Below are positions 53,029 to 63,402 of a DNA stretch of 64,000 nucleotides, one piece after another. Location: the IMG/VR virus record IMGVR_UViG_3300037790_000024; one strand, written 5' to 3'. Below the pieces are notes generated by a model. The model was not told the DNA's origin. It saw only the letters and a program-made list of their open reading frames with translations, and did not search any database. The stretch's first letter is position 1. Every line of letters starts with the position of its first letter. A program made the translations under genes and the position numbers. The stretch comes from a virus (taxonomy: Duplodnaviria; Heunggongvirae; Uroviricota; Caudoviricetes).

Positions 53029-53424
53029 ATGCCTGTAATCGCAACTGAACCAAAACGCTTCAGCGATCTGGTTAAAGTTTCAGACAATCAGCTTTGGAAT
53101 GCTGGCTACATGACAGAAAGTGTCACAGTAAACGAAGCTTCTGCTCAAGACTATGAAGTTGGTACTCTTCTGGGTAAAGTAACTGCTAATGGTAAGTACA
53201 AAATCTGGGACAGTGCTGCTGAAGATGGTAGTGAAGTGTTGGCTGCTGTTGTTCTTGAGAACAAATCTGTAGCTGCTACTACTGACACTGCTGTATGGGT
53301 AGCTGTTCGTGGTGGCCTGATTGTAGCAGACAAAGCTCTGGAGCTGAATGGTGAAACACTTGCAGACGCCAAAGCTGGTCTGGAAGCTCTGAATCCACCA
53401 ATCGTCGTTGCTTCACAAATCTAA
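53029..53424 (+). CDS. head decoration protein (lambda gpD-position) (putative)
   Basis: 131 aa between protease/scaffold and major capsid gene. Confidence 0.5.
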   Translation: MPVIATEPKRFSDLVKVSDNQLWNAGYMTESVTVNEASAQDYEVGTLLGKVTANGKYKIWDSAAEDGSEVLAAVVLENKSVAATTDTAVWVAVRGGLIVADKALELNGETLADAKAGLEALNPPIVVASQI

Positions 53425-53448
53425 GCCAAGTAAGGAGATATTTTAATA

Positions 53449-54483
53449 ATGGCACAAGTACAAAATTATGAGTACAATGACTTTACAGATGAGCTGCTGC
53501 TTATCCCTAACGAGTGGGGTTTGCTGAACTCTCTGGGTCTGTTTGGAAGCGACAGCGTTGCTACTTCTGTACTCCAATTCGATGAGACTGCACAAACTCT
53601 GACTTTGATTGAAGATCAGCGCAGAGGCACTCGTAAGCAAGTCAACCGTGATGACTACTCAAAACTGCACACTGTTGGTATTCCTCACTTCCCGTTTGAT
53701 GACGCTATCAGTCCACAGGACATCATCAACCGTCGTAGACCCGGTGATAAAGACGCAGAAGACACCATTGCGCGTGTTCGTCTACAGAAGATGGAAAGAC
53801 TGCGTAAGTCTTGGGCAGCTACCGTAGAGTATGCTCGTATGCAAGCCCTAATGGGTAATGTATACAACCCAAACCAAACCAACGATGTTCAAAACTGGTA
53901 CACTGAGTTTGGTGTTACCCAGACTGAAGTTGAGTATGAACTGGACACCGCAACTACTAACGTAATTGCTAAAGGTGAAGCAGCTATTGCCGCTTCTCAG
54001 GATAACATCCTGTCTGGTGAAGTTGTATCTGAATTCGTAGCTATCTGCTCTCCAGAGTTCTTCGCATCTCTGATTGCACACGCTGAAGTTAAAGATGCAT
54101 ACCTGTACTACAGCTCTGGTCAAGAGCCTCTACGTGATCGCCTAACTAGCTCTCTTGGTGCTCGTCATCGTGAGTTTACCTTTGGGGGTATTCGCTACGT
54201 TGAGTATCGTGGAAGCTACACCGATAAAGATGGTAACTCTGTTCGCATCGTTCCTGCTAACGAAGCATATCTGTTCCCTCTGGGTACTTCAGATACCTTT
54301 GTTACCTACTACGCTCCTGCTGATCGCTTTGAATATGTATTCACTGCTGGTCTTGAGCAGTATATGTGGGAATTCCCAGATGATCGTGGACACCTGATCG
54401 AAATCGAATCAGAGTCTAACTTCATCAACATGGTTAGACGCCCACAATGCGTTATTAAACTGCATCGTAATACTGCTCCTTAA
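53449..54483 (+). CDS. major capsid protein (lambda gpE-like order and size)
   Basis: 344 aa, strongest RBS/codon bias, followed by strong terminator. Confidence 0.8.
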   Translation: MAQVQNYEYNDFTDELLLIPNEWGLLNSLGLFGSDSVATSVLQFDETAQTLTLIEDQRRGTRKQVNRDDYSKLHTVGIPHFPFDDAISPQDIINRRRPGDKDAEDTIARVRLQKMERLRKSWAATVEYARMQALMGNVYNPNQTNDVQNWYTEFGVTQTEVEYELDTATTNVIAKGEAAIAASQDNILSGEVVSEFVAICSPEFFASLIAHAEVKDAYLYYSSGQEPLRDRLTSSLGARHREFTFGGIRYVEYRGSYTDKDGNSVRIVPANEAYLFPLGTSDTFVTYYAPADRFEYVFTAGLEQYMWEFPDDRGHLIEIESESNFINMVRRPQCVIKLHRNTAP

Positions 54484-54498
54484 TAGGCAGTAGAGAGT

Positions 54499-54528
54499 AA
54501 GGAGGGGCTTAACGGCTCCTCCTTTTTT
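54499..54528 (+). terminator. rho-independent terminator after capsid gene
   Basis: GGAGGGGC-ttaac-GGCTCCTCC then TTTTTT. Confidence 0.65.
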
Positions 54529-54542
54529 ACTAACTTGATGAG

Positions 54543-54992
54543 GTGTATATGTTAGATTTAGATTTGAGTGATCCTATCAATCAAGTTAGAGCGTTGATTG
54601 GTGACATCGACGGCAGTTTCATATCCGACCCGAATATTGAAGTGCTTTTAACATTAAATAACGACAATGTTATCAAAGCATCTATACAAGCCCTAGATTA
54701 TATTATAGCTCAAGTAGCCTACTACGTTAGAGAAGAAGCTGGAGACGTAGAAGTGTACTGGGGGGATATTTACGAAAGGCTTGTAAAACGTAAAGAGCAA
54801 GTAGAAAGAGACAACATCTATAAAATCAGTAGTGGCCTATTCAAAATGGGTGGCACTACAAGATCAGAGATTGATAGAGTTAATTCTGATATTGAGAGTA
54901 AGGGTGTTGGAGAGAGAACTGAAGACTTCAGCGCAGTGCTTAGAAAACTAGAAATTGATCCTGATAATCCGTATCTGTTAGAGCGTTACTAA
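54543..54992 (+). CDS. head-tail connector / head completion protein (putative)
   Basis: Position after MCP; 149 aa. Confidence 0.45.
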   Translation: MYMLDLDLSDPINQVRALIGDIDGSFISDPNIEVLLTLNNDNVIKASIQALDYIIAQVAYYVREEAGDVEVYWGDIYERLVKRKEQVERDNIYKISSGLFKMGGTTRSEIDRVNSDIESKGVGERTEDFSAVLRKLEIDPDNPYLLERY

Positions 54993-55480
54993 TGCATATT
55001 AAAATTACCAGAAACACGAGAATGCTGGAGAACCTTAGAAAGAGGCTAAAAGACCTTGGTAAGGCATCGGTAGCTTCTGGGTATTTTCCTGAGTCAGGCA
55101 CTCATACAGAGAGTGGACTTAGCTATGCAGAACTGATGAGTATGCATGAAACTGGGTTTGTTACAGATGATGGTAATTTTGTCTATGGTAGACCAGTCAG
55201 ACAGATTACAATGACTCTTGCAGTACACAACGGTAAATACTGGGTAGATGATGTTAAGAACTACTTAAGAGGTAAGAGCACTCTTTCAAACTCATTAAAT
55301 CATATAGGTATTGAACTTACAGAAACTGCTCAGGGGATTTTTGGGGACTCTGGTAAATTGAAATCAAATAGTCCTACCACACAAAGGCTCAAAGGCGGGA
55401 AGAACACTCCTTTGGTAGATAGTGGTGAATTAAGAGACGCTTGGACTTGGAAGATAGACTTATCTTCTCATAATTACTAG
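54992..55480 (+). CDS. head-tail joining protein (putative)
   Basis: 162 aa. Confidence 0.45.
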   Translation: MHIKITRNTRMLENLRKRLKDLGKASVASGYFPESGTHTESGLSYAELMSMHETGFVTDDGNFVYGRPVRQITMTLAVHNGKYWVDDVKNYLRGKSTLSNSLNHIGIELTETAQGIFGDSGKLKSNSPTTQRLKGGKNTPLVDSGELRDAWTWKIDLSSHNY

Positions 55481-55490
55481 GAGAGATATT

Positions 55491-55859
55491 TTGACCCCAA
55501 GACTTTTAAAAAAGAACACTTTAACTTTCACACGATACCTAGAAAACTCTGGGCAATATGTGAGAGGTACTTGGCAAGAGGGTACTGAAGACGACCCTGT
55601 AGTTGCCACTGGAAATTTACAACCATATCGACAAGGAAAGGAAAGGGTAGACCTTCCTGAGGGTATTAAAGCCCGACATGCTAAGGTGTTCTACACCACA
55701 ACCTTGTTGCTAGGATATGACGACATCTCTAACCAAGAAGCAGACAAAACCACCATAGATGGAGTGACTTTTGTTGTTTATGATGCAGAGGACTGGGACA
55801 CACCAGCTTATAGATCTAAACATTATAAGGTTTACTTAGTTAGGGAGGATAAGATGTGA
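55491..55859 (+). CDS. tail completion/neck protein (putative)
   Basis: 122 aa. Confidence 0.45.
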   Translation: MTPRLLKKNTLTFTRYLENSGQYVRGTWQEGTEDDPVVATGNLQPYRQGKERVDLPEGIKARHAKVFYTTTLLLGYDDISNQEADKTTIDGVTFVVYDAEDWDTPAYRSKHYKVYLVREDKM

Positions 55860-56452
55860 TAAATATTTTTGAAATAAAAAGAGGTATCACAGAGACAATA
55901 GATAATTTAGTAGGGGCGAATGCTTGCCCTGATAGACAGATCATGACTAGTCCCTCTATTGTTGCTAGGATGAAAGGAAGGGTTCCTCCTTTTCCTGTAG
56001 CTGTTGTGGATTCACTTCCTATGGGACAGTACGGAATCTCTAGCGTATCTGACACCTATCTAGATGATAATGAAAATCTTGTTAGAGAAGTAAGGTATAA
56101 ACTAAGTTTTATTATAGATGTTCACGGAGCCGTTGAAGATAACGTAATGGGTATTGCTCAAGAGATTCGTGATTCATTTTTTAGAACCTATGGCATGGAA
56201 GAACTCCACGCTAATACAGGGGTAGGTTTACTCGGAGTTTCAGCCCCTTCAGTTTCTTTCGTATATCTTAACACAGAGTACCAAGAAACCGCAAGAATCG
56301 TCTTAGATATGAGTGCTACTGATACATTCATTGAGGATGATGCAGCGACATGTCCTGCAACAGGAGTCATCGAAAGTATTATTGTCGATGGTGAATTAAA
56401 AGAAAATGAAGAGGACTCTGATCCTCTTGACACTAGATCTACAGCCCCTTAA
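55856..56452 (+). CDS. virion structural protein (putative)
   Basis: 198 aa. Confidence 0.45.
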   Translation: MINIFEIKRGITETIDNLVGANACPDRQIMTSPSIVARMKGRVPPFPVAVVDSLPMGQYGISSVSDTYLDDNENLVREVRYKLSFIIDVHGAVEDNVMGIAQEIRDSFFRTYGMEELHANTGVGLLGVSAPSVSFVYLNTEYQETARIVLDMSATDTFIEDDAATCPATGVIESIIVDGELKENEEDSDPLDTRSTAP

Positions 56453-56467
56453 GGAGATTAACTAAGA

Positions 56468-57586
56468 ATGGCTTATAATCCAATTACAGAGGTTCAGATT
56501 GCACTTCAAACAAGCGGTATCACCGCAGCAGGTTTTAAAACTGCTTTGTTTATTGCAGATGTGGACACAGACACCAGCCCCGATCCTCTTGGTGCTGGCG
56601 TAAGAGTAAAAACTTATTCAAATCTAGAGGAAGTGTTGTTAGACTGGGAATCTACTGATCCGGCCTATAAAGCTGCTGAAGGTTTCTTCGCTAACACACC
56701 AAGACTTTCTCAAATTAAAGTTGGTTACAGAGATATTGCTGCTGCCACCACTGAGACTCCAGCAGAAGCTATTTCAGCTATCGAAGCTGTTGACTCTGAC
56801 TGGTACTTCCTGACAGCAGAAAGTCATGCAGTAGCTGACGTACTGGCTTATGCAAATGCTATTGAATCAAGAACAAAAGTATATGTATTCTCTAGCCAAG
56901 AAGAAGACTCTCTCACTGCTTATGATGAAGGTGTTTCTACTGATGCATTAGCACAGGTTATTGAAGGAAATTTCTTGAGAACTAAAGGCTTCTTCCACCA
57001 CCAAGCAGACACTGAGTTTGTTGAGTGTAACTATGTGGGTTACAACGCCCCTTTCTTAGCTGGTAGTGTAACTTGGGCTAACTTGAGGCTACAAGGTGTT
57101 TCTGCCTCTCAAGATCCTGCTACAGGTATTCCTCTTAATACTACTCAGAAAGGTTATCTGGAAGACCGTAACGCAGCTTACACAGAACGTCTAGGAGCCA
57201 ACACTGTTATTACTAGAAACGGTAGAACAGCAGGTGGAGAATTTATTGACGTTATCCGTGGTAGAGATAATCTTGAAGAAGATATTAACGTAGAACTTCA
57301 AGGTCTTCTGGTAAGACAGAAAGGTAGCAAACTGCCTTACAACAACAAAGGTATTACAGCTATTATGAACACTGTAGACCAAGTGTTGAATAGGTATTCT
57401 ATTGCTCCACGTAACTTTATTCAGCCTGAATACAAACTAATCTTCCCTATGAGAGATGCAGTTCCTACTGCTGACTTAGAGGCAAGAGTGTATCAGTCAG
57501 GACGTTTTGAAGCAGAACTTACCGGAGCTATTGAGAGAATCACTATCTCAGGTATCCTAACAATCCGTTTTGACAGCACTGAGTAA
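56468..57586 (+). CDS. tail sheath protein (putative)
   Basis: 372 aa followed by tube-sized gene, chaperone with frameshift, and tape measure (Mu/P2-like order). Confidence 0.5.
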   Translation: MAYNPITEVQIALQTSGITAAGFKTALFIADVDTDTSPDPLGAGVRVKTYSNLEEVLLDWESTDPAYKAAEGFFANTPRLSQIKVGYRDIAAATTETPAEAISAIEAVDSDWYFLTAESHAVADVLAYANAIESRTKVYVFSSQEEDSLTAYDEGVSTDALAQVIEGNFLRTKGFFHHQADTEFVECNYVGYNAPFLAGSVTWANLRLQGVSASQDPATGIPLNTTQKGYLEDRNAAYTERLGANTVITRNGRTAGGEFIDVIRGRDNLEEDINVELQGLLVRQKGSKLPYNNKGITAIMNTVDQVLNRYSIAPRNFIQPEYKLIFPMRDAVPTADLEARVYQSGRFEAELTGAIERITISGILTIRFDSTE

Positions 57587-57599
57587 TAAGGAGTAGAAA

Positions 57600-58127
57600 A
57601 TGACAGTATTAGCGGATTTTATCCCAGAGAGTACGGCGATTAACTGGGCAGGTATCGACATGACTGGCTTTGCCCCAGATACCTACATCACAGTTAGCCG
57701 TAATAGTCCTAACTCTAACTCAAGTGTTGGTGCAGACGGAAGTGTTGGTTTAACCAAAGTAGCAGATAAAACTGGTACTGTTGAAGTCACACTTATGCAG
57801 ACTTCAGCCACCCATCGTTACCTGTCAGCAGTACAGGCTGCTCAGGATGTTGATGATGCCAACCTAGTTAGAGGGAACATGTCAATCATTGATCCATCTG
57901 GCGGGTTTATCTGTATTGCCCAAGGTGTTCACATTATGCAACCACCAGAAGTGAGCCTAGGCAGTGACCAGAATCCTAAAACTTGGACTTTCTTTGCAGA
58001 ACGTTTGATTTACACAGATGTTCCACAAGGCTTTGCACAATCAGCGGGTGAATTAACTCGTATCCAGAATGCTATTTCAGGTGCTCTTGAGATTTCTCAA
58101 GCTCTGTTAGATGCAATCTTAGGATAA
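57600..58127 (+). CDS. tail tube protein (putative)
   Basis: 175 aa; followed by terminator. Confidence 0.5.
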   Translation: MTVLADFIPESTAINWAGIDMTGFAPDTYITVSRNSPNSNSSVGADGSVGLTKVADKTGTVEVTLMQTSATHRYLSAVQAAQDVDDANLVRGNMSIIDPSGGFICIAQGVHIMQPPEVSLGSDQNPKTWTFFAERLIYTDVPQGFAQSAGELTRIQNAISGALEISQALLDAILG

Positions 58128-58135
58128 ACCAAATA

Positions 58136-58164
58136 AGGGAGCTTCGGCTCCCTTTATTCTTTTA
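58136..58164 (+). terminator. rho-independent terminator
   Basis: AGGGAGC-ttcg-GCTCCCT then TTATTCTTTT. Confidence 0.6.
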
Positions 58165-58175
58165 AGGAGGGAATA

Positions 58176-58631
58176 ATGGATAATAAATTTTTTCGTACTA
58201 AAGAAGTAAACGGAAGAAAATATCAGATTACACTACTGCCAGCACTAAAAGCAGTAGCTATGGGTAAAACCCTTATGAAACTGATCCTACCAGCTATCGG
58301 GGGAACAGTGGATGGTTTGAGAGATGACGGTTTGTATGGAGTTCCTAAGACTTTTACAGACTTAGCCCTAACCATCTGTAGTCAATTAGATGACGTAGAT
58401 TTAGATGAGATTATTTCAGTATTGCTGAAAGATTTAGTATGCGAAGGTCAAACTGTAAGAGACCTAGACACACACTTCCAAGGAGAACTTGGAGAAATGT
58501 TTGGTGTTCTTGAGTTTGCCCTAAGGGAGAACTTCTCCAGTTTTTTTACGGGAAACGATTTTCTAGCCCCTTTGATGAAAATGCTTCAAGGGATGGGGGT
58601 AGACACTTCGGAAATGTCCTTAGAGCAGTAG
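58176..58631 (+). CDS. tail assembly chaperone (G-like)
   Basis: 151 aa directly upstream of tape measure gene. Confidence 0.5.
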   Translation: MDNKFFRTKEVNGRKYQITLLPALKAVAMGKTLMKLILPAIGGTVDGLRDDGLYGVPKTFTDLALTICSQLDDVDLDEIISVLLKDLVCEGQTVRDLDTHFQGELGEMFGVLEFALRENFSSFFTGNDFLAPLMKMLQGMGVDTSEMSLEQ

Positions 58632-58843
58632 AGAGACAGGCTCCTCTTGAAGAGAATGAGTGGGTGTTCTACGGAGTGTACGGTAGTAAGTTTTGTAAAG
58701 AGCCTATAGATAAGCTCATGTATGGTATGACTCTCCCCGAGTTCTTGTCTTATAAAAACTATATTGACATTAAGAATGCCTTTGAAGAGGCAGGACATAA
58801 GGATCAGGAAGAAGAGATCAAGAGGTCAAATAATGGCAGATAA
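58176..58843 (+). CDS. tail assembly chaperone -1 frameshift product (GT-like): 58176..58547 joined to 58547..58843
   Basis: Slippery heptamer T_TTT_TTT at 58541-58547 in zero frame (agt ttt ttt acg); -1 frame open from 58514 to TAA at 58841-58843, which overlaps tape-measure start. Confidence 0.45.
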
Positions 58844-60785
58844 TGTGGAAAAGTTTCTTATTGACTTTGTATTCAAAGACGATAAGGCTTTAGGTAAAAT
58901 TAAAGAGTTTGTCGGGCAGTATGACAAGCTCAACAAGAAAGTTAGGGAGAGCAGTAGGGTATCCCAAAGAGCCTCCCAAGAAAAGGCCAGAGCCACTAAA
59001 AAGGCAACATCTGCCGTTGATAAACAAGCTAGGTCTCAGGCTAAACTAAACACCTTAGAACAAAGAAGATTAGAGCTTAGAAAAAGAATTGCTCGAGCTG
59101 AAGAGCTGGGATTAAAGGCAAGTGGTTTTAAAACAACAGCTACAGCTTCTAATAGTGCTGATAATATCAGAAAAAGAACAATTGAGCTTAACAAACAAAT
59201 TTTTGCTCAAGAACAGAAGATCAAAGCAGAGCAGGGAAAACAAGCTGCTTCTATACAGAAGACAAACTCTGCCTTAGAAAGAAAAGCAAAACTTGAGAGA
59301 AGTATTGCTTTATCTGTAGGAGCTATGAAGCGTAATAGAAGCTTTGAAGCACTAGCCCAACAAAAACCCCAAATGGCAAGCGGTATTGTAAATCAATACG
59401 AAAGAGGCTTGCGTACAGGTGGGGTAGAGGGAGCTAACCAAATCAATGCTGCTAGAGATGCTCTTAGAAAGTATGGAGACCAAGCTTTACGCACTAAACG
59501 TAAGGTTATGTCTCTTAAAACAGCTCAAACAGGTTTAGCTGACTCCACTAGACACATGATTAGAGCCTATGCATCTCTGTTCACTGTGTTAGCTGGTGTA
59601 AACCAAATAAACAAAGTTGGGCAAGGTTTTGAGGCTATGGAGTCTGCCATGCTTGCTGCAATGGGCAGCCAAGAGGAAGCAACAGCCAACATTGAGTTCT
59701 TAGACCAAATGACTTCCAGACTTGGTTTATCTTTGTTGGATACAGCAGATCAATACACTAAGTTTGTATTTGCTTCTAAAGGAAAACTAGACACAGATCA
59801 AGTCAATGAATTTTTTAACTCTGTCGCTGAAGCTGGTACGGTGTTGGGTGTAAGTAAAGAAAGAATGAAGTTATCTTTCAATGCCTTACAACAAATGTTG
59901 AACAAAACAACCGTTCAATCCGAAGAGCTGAAAAGGCAGTTGGCTGAGTCATTTCCCGGCGCTATACAGATTTTTGCTCGTGCAATAGGCAAAACTGAAG
60001 AAGAAATGTTCAAAATGATGGAGAATGGAGAGCTGCTTGCAGCAGACATTTTCCCAGATGTTGCCAAAGAAATGTCTAAAGTTGCTAACGCAGCAGGTGC
60101 TTTGGAAGCTAAATACAAAACCACGCGTGTTGCACAGGGTAGATTCTTTAAAGAGTTAGAAACATCTTCTAACGCTGTTTTTAAGGGCGGTTTTGATGAG
60201 GCTCTAGCAGCAGTATTAAATGATGTAGCAGAATTTTTGAGAGAAAACAAACAAGCTCTGGCATCCTTTGGTAGAATATTTCAAGTAGTATTTAGACTGA
60301 TTGGTGCTGCTATTAAAGTTATCCTTCCTGTTGTTGAAAGTTTAATCTCAAGCACAGGAGAACTATTTAACATTTTTGATCAACTGTTTGGAGATGGTTC
60401 GGGAGAAATAATCCTAGGAATATATGCTATCACTAAAGCAGTTAAGATGCTCTCTATGGTTTCTAGAGGTTGGGTAGCAATCCTACTAACTGCTCTGGGC
60501 TTGGTAGATGAGATAATCTCTCCTTTCGTTCAAGGAAGGATTGGTTTGATTGAGAAAGCTATAGGTAAAGATCTTTCCTTAAATCCAGACTTTGAATCTA
60601 AAAACTGGATAAGCATGATTGCAAGTAAAGGTAAGGTTGGCACCTCAGGAGCTAATCCGATCACATATATCAACATAAACCAAGAGAATCACCAACAGTT
60701 GCCTCCTAATGCTAATGAGGAGCATATCCTACAAGAGCAAAGGAAGTATACAGAGGAACTTTTCAATAAAGCTTATGCGAGGTAG
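58833..60785 (+). CDS. tail tape measure protein
   Basis: Start MADNVEKF after RBS aagaggtcaaataATG; alpha-helical, Ala/Lys/Gln-rich, 650 aa. Confidence 0.75.
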   Translation: MADNVEKFLIDFVFKDDKALGKIKEFVGQYDKLNKKVRESSRVSQRASQEKARATKKATSAVDKQARSQAKLNTLEQRRLELRKRIARAEELGLKASGFKTTATASNSADNIRKRTIELNKQIFAQEQKIKAEQGKQAASIQKTNSALERKAKLERSIALSVGAMKRNRSFEALAQQKPQMASGIVNQYERGLRTGGVEGANQINAARDALRKYGDQALRTKRKVMSLKTAQTGLADSTRHMIRAYASLFTVLAGVNQINKVGQGFEAMESAMLAAMGSQEEATANIEFLDQMTSRLGLSLLDTADQYTKFVFASKGKLDTDQVNEFFNSVAEAGTVLGVSKERMKLSFNALQQMLNKTTVQSEELKRQLAESFPGAIQIFARAIGKTEEEMFKMMENGELLAADIFPDVAKEMSKVANAAGALEAKYKTTRVAQGRFFKELETSSNAVFKGGFDEALAAVLNDVAEFLRENKQALASFGRIFQVVFRLIGAAIKVILPVVESLISSTGELFNIFDQLFGDGSGEIILGIYAITKAVKMLSMVSRGWVAILLTALGLVDEIISPFVQGRIGLIEKAIGKDLSLNPDFESKNWISMIASKGKVGTSGANPITYININQENHQQLPPNANEEHILQEQRKYTEELFNKAYAR

Positions 60786-60787
60786 TA

Positions 60788-61420
60788 ATGGCAACATTTT
60801 ACATAGATAGCCCTTCTGAGGGTATCTTGGAACTAACCTCTACTACAGACATTAGGATCTCGGAGGCAGCTTCTGTCTCCAAGCATCCTCTGGAGACAGG
60901 GGAAACCATTGTAGATAATGTTGTCGTAGAGAACGTCACAGTTGATTTTTCTGGTGTTATTTCTAATGTCAGAAAGATTGCTCAAAGAACAAACCAATCA
61001 GACCTTGCTGTTCCTAACGAATATGAGGAAAATGTTGAAGGGTCTATTAAAGCTCTAAGAAGAATTAAAGAAGCTAAAGAACTTTTCAGGGTTGTGTATG
61101 ATAATAGATTCCTACCTTTTGAGAACTGTGTCTTAACTTCTCTGTCTATGGACAGAAATGCTCAAACAGGTTTGGGGTATAATGTTAGCCTGTCTTTTGA
61201 GCAAGTTAGGATAGTGGGAAGAGCAACAACCTCTATCTCAAGGTCTGTACAAAGAAACCCAGACATTACTCAGGGTAAAACTAATGGTGGGGCTAACAAC
61301 CAGAAGCAAAATCAAATCTCTGAGTCTTTCTTTATTAAAGGGGGAACAGGGTTGATTGATCTTGCTACGGAAGTCACAAAAACTATACACACTACTGGCA
61401 ATGAGGGATTACCGGAATGA
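60788..61420 (+). CDS. tail/baseplate protein (putative)
   Basis: 210 aa after TMP. Confidence 0.45.
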   Translation: MATFYIDSPSEGILELTSTTDIRISEAASVSKHPLETGETIVDNVVVENVTVDFSGVISNVRKIAQRTNQSDLAVPNEYEENVEGSIKALRRIKEAKELFRVVYDNRFLPFENCVLTSLSMDRNAQTGLGYNVSLSFEQVRIVGRATTSISRSVQRNPDITQGKTNGGANNQKQNQISESFFIKGGTGLIDLATEVTKTIHTTGNEGLPE

Positions 61421-61779
61421 GTTTTAGTATAAGAGTCCCAGACAGTGCATTTCACACACAGTCTATCAACATTGGTGGAAGAGCTTTTAATATAACATTT
61501 AAGTTTAATGAGTCAGACAAATCTTGGTATATGAGACTGTCCAGCCTGTCAGAAGAAGACCTAACCTCTGATATAAAGGTGATGCCTAATCAGAATCTGA
61601 CTGGTAGGTTTCCTACTGAGAGTCCTTTAACGGAAGGTAACATCTGGTGTTTAAGATTTAAGAATGATTATTCTCCTATAGGGAGATATAACCTAGGTGT
61701 AGATAAAAACTACGAATTGGTGTATCTCACTTTTGAGGAGGAAGAGGAGATCGGAATAAGTGGAACAGTACAACTATGA
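61417..61779 (+). CDS. baseplate protein (gpW-size, putative)
   Basis: 120 aa. Confidence 0.45.
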   Translation: MSFSIRVPDSAFHTQSINIGGRAFNITFKFNESDKSWYMRLSSLSEEDLTSDIKVMPNQNLTGRFPTESPLTEGNIWCLRFKNDYSPIGRYNLGVDKNYELVYLTFEEEEEIGISGTVQL

Positions 61780-62827
61780 TAGAAGATACTCCCTATCAAT
61801 AACACAGCCTAACAAAACTTTTTTTGAGGTTGCACAACCTTTAAGTTTGCCTGCTCAGGGAACTATATTCAGTAATGTACCTGAGACTCCATATTCTTTT
61901 GCCTACACTCCTACAGAAGATTATCTAGCTACAGTTAATTTAACAAAAACAATAACTAAACAGCAGATCGTAGCAACTATAGAGGGAACTAATCAGACTA
62001 GTGGGAGTGATGAAAACAAAGCAAAGATTGAGATATACAATCTATCTGAAGATACTATCTCTTTAATTGCTAAAAAAGATAATCTGGTTGTCTTAAAAGC
62101 TGGCTATGCTTCAGAAGAAGATGAATTACCTATTGTATTTTCAGGACAAGTTATCAAGCAAAAAACTGAGAAGAAAGGTACACACATTATCACTACTTTA
62201 GAATGTGGAGATGGGTACACTCCTATAACCACAGCTAGAACGAGTTTGAGGGTGTCTTCAGGCAAAACTTACAGGGATGTCTTCCTAGCCCTAGCTGAAG
62301 AGTTTAATAAGGCGGGAGTGGCTACTGGAGAGATTATTACGGACTACGGATACCTACTAGGACAAGATGGGGTAGACTTAACACCGGATCTCACAGGCTT
62401 AAATAAATATCTACCACCACAGGATATTGAGCTAATAAGAGGATGGTCTTTCACAGGTAAAGTTAGTGAAGCCTTAGATGATTTATGTGAAACTTTTAAT
62501 CACACTTGGCAGATCATTCATAATAGGTTGTTTATCTTTCCTAAATACTATGGAGAAATGGTTGGGAGCATTATCCTAACAGAAAATCAGATCATTTCTC
62601 TAGAGCAAGTAGAAGATGGAACTCAGACAGGGAGCAACCCAGCAGAGTATTCTGGAGTTAAAGTTAAGATGCTGTTAGACGGAAGAATTGATTCTTCTCA
62701 AAGACTGCGTATTGAGAATGGAGATAACGCAGGCAACTATCCTATAAGGTCTTATAGTCACTCTTTGAACTACGAAGGGGATGATTGGTATACAGTAATA
62801 GAGTGCGGAGGAGTAAATGAGAACTAG
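61760..62827 (+). CDS. baseplate wedge protein (gpJ-size, putative)
   Basis: 355 aa. Confidence 0.45.
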   Translation: MEQYNYDRRYSLSITQPNKTFFEVAQPLSLPAQGTIFSNVPETPYSFAYTPTEDYLATVNLTKTITKQQIVATIEGTNQTSGSDENKAKIEIYNLSEDTISLIAKKDNLVVLKAGYASEEDELPIVFSGQVIKQKTEKKGTHIITTLECGDGYTPITTARTSLRVSSGKTYRDVFLALAEEFNKAGVATGEIITDYGYLLGQDGVDLTPDLTGLNKYLPPQDIELIRGWSFTGKVSEALDDLCETFNHTWQIIHNRLFIFPKYYGEMVGSIILTENQIISLEQVEDGTQTGSNPAEYSGVKVKMLLDGRIDSSQRLRIENGDNAGNYPIRSYSHSLNYEGDDWYTVIECGGVNEN

Positions 62828-63398
62828 TCTTTCAGAGGTAATTCTATCTCACATTAGGAAATTCTCTGGACAGCTCTACACCAGCACTCCAGCTATTGTA
62901 GAAGCCTATCATCCAGAGGATTGCACAGTGGATGTGTACCCTGCAATATTCAGGCCAGATAAAGACGGTATTGATACAAGGGAGCCTTTCTTAGAAAGAG
63001 TTCCTTTACATTTCCAAGCAACTCAAGAATTAGGCATAACTTATCCTGTAAGGAAAGGGGATACAGTTTTGCTAGTGTTTGGAATGTTTGACGCTGAGAA
63101 CTGGCTTCAATCAAATAAGGACTTTGACTTTGCCACTACAAGACGTATGCACAACATAAATGATGCTTACGCTATCGCTGGTGTATTTAAATATAACAGA
63201 AGTCCAGTCCAGTCAGGTACGGAGCAAGATCTTAACATTAGATATAAAGACACTTTTGTTAGAATTAAACAGAATGGAGACATAGAGGCCAGTAGTCCTA
63301 CAAAGATAAGTTTAAGTGTTGGTGGCAACTCTACTATCGTTATGGATAATAATGGAATTACTCTGAACGCTCCAAGAATTGACTTAAACCCAGAGTGA
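62817..63398 (+). CDS. baseplate protein (putative)
   Basis: 193 aa. Confidence 0.45.
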   Translation: MRTSLSEVILSHIRKFSGQLYTSTPAIVEAYHPEDCTVDVYPAIFRPDKDGIDTREPFLERVPLHFQATQELGITYPVRKGDTVLLVFGMFDAENWLQSNKDFDFATTRRMHNINDAYAIAGVFKYNRSPVQSGTEQDLNIRYKDTFVRIKQNGDIEASSPTKISLSVGGNSTIVMDNNGITLNAPRIDLNPE

Positions 63399-63402
63399 TA
63401 AT

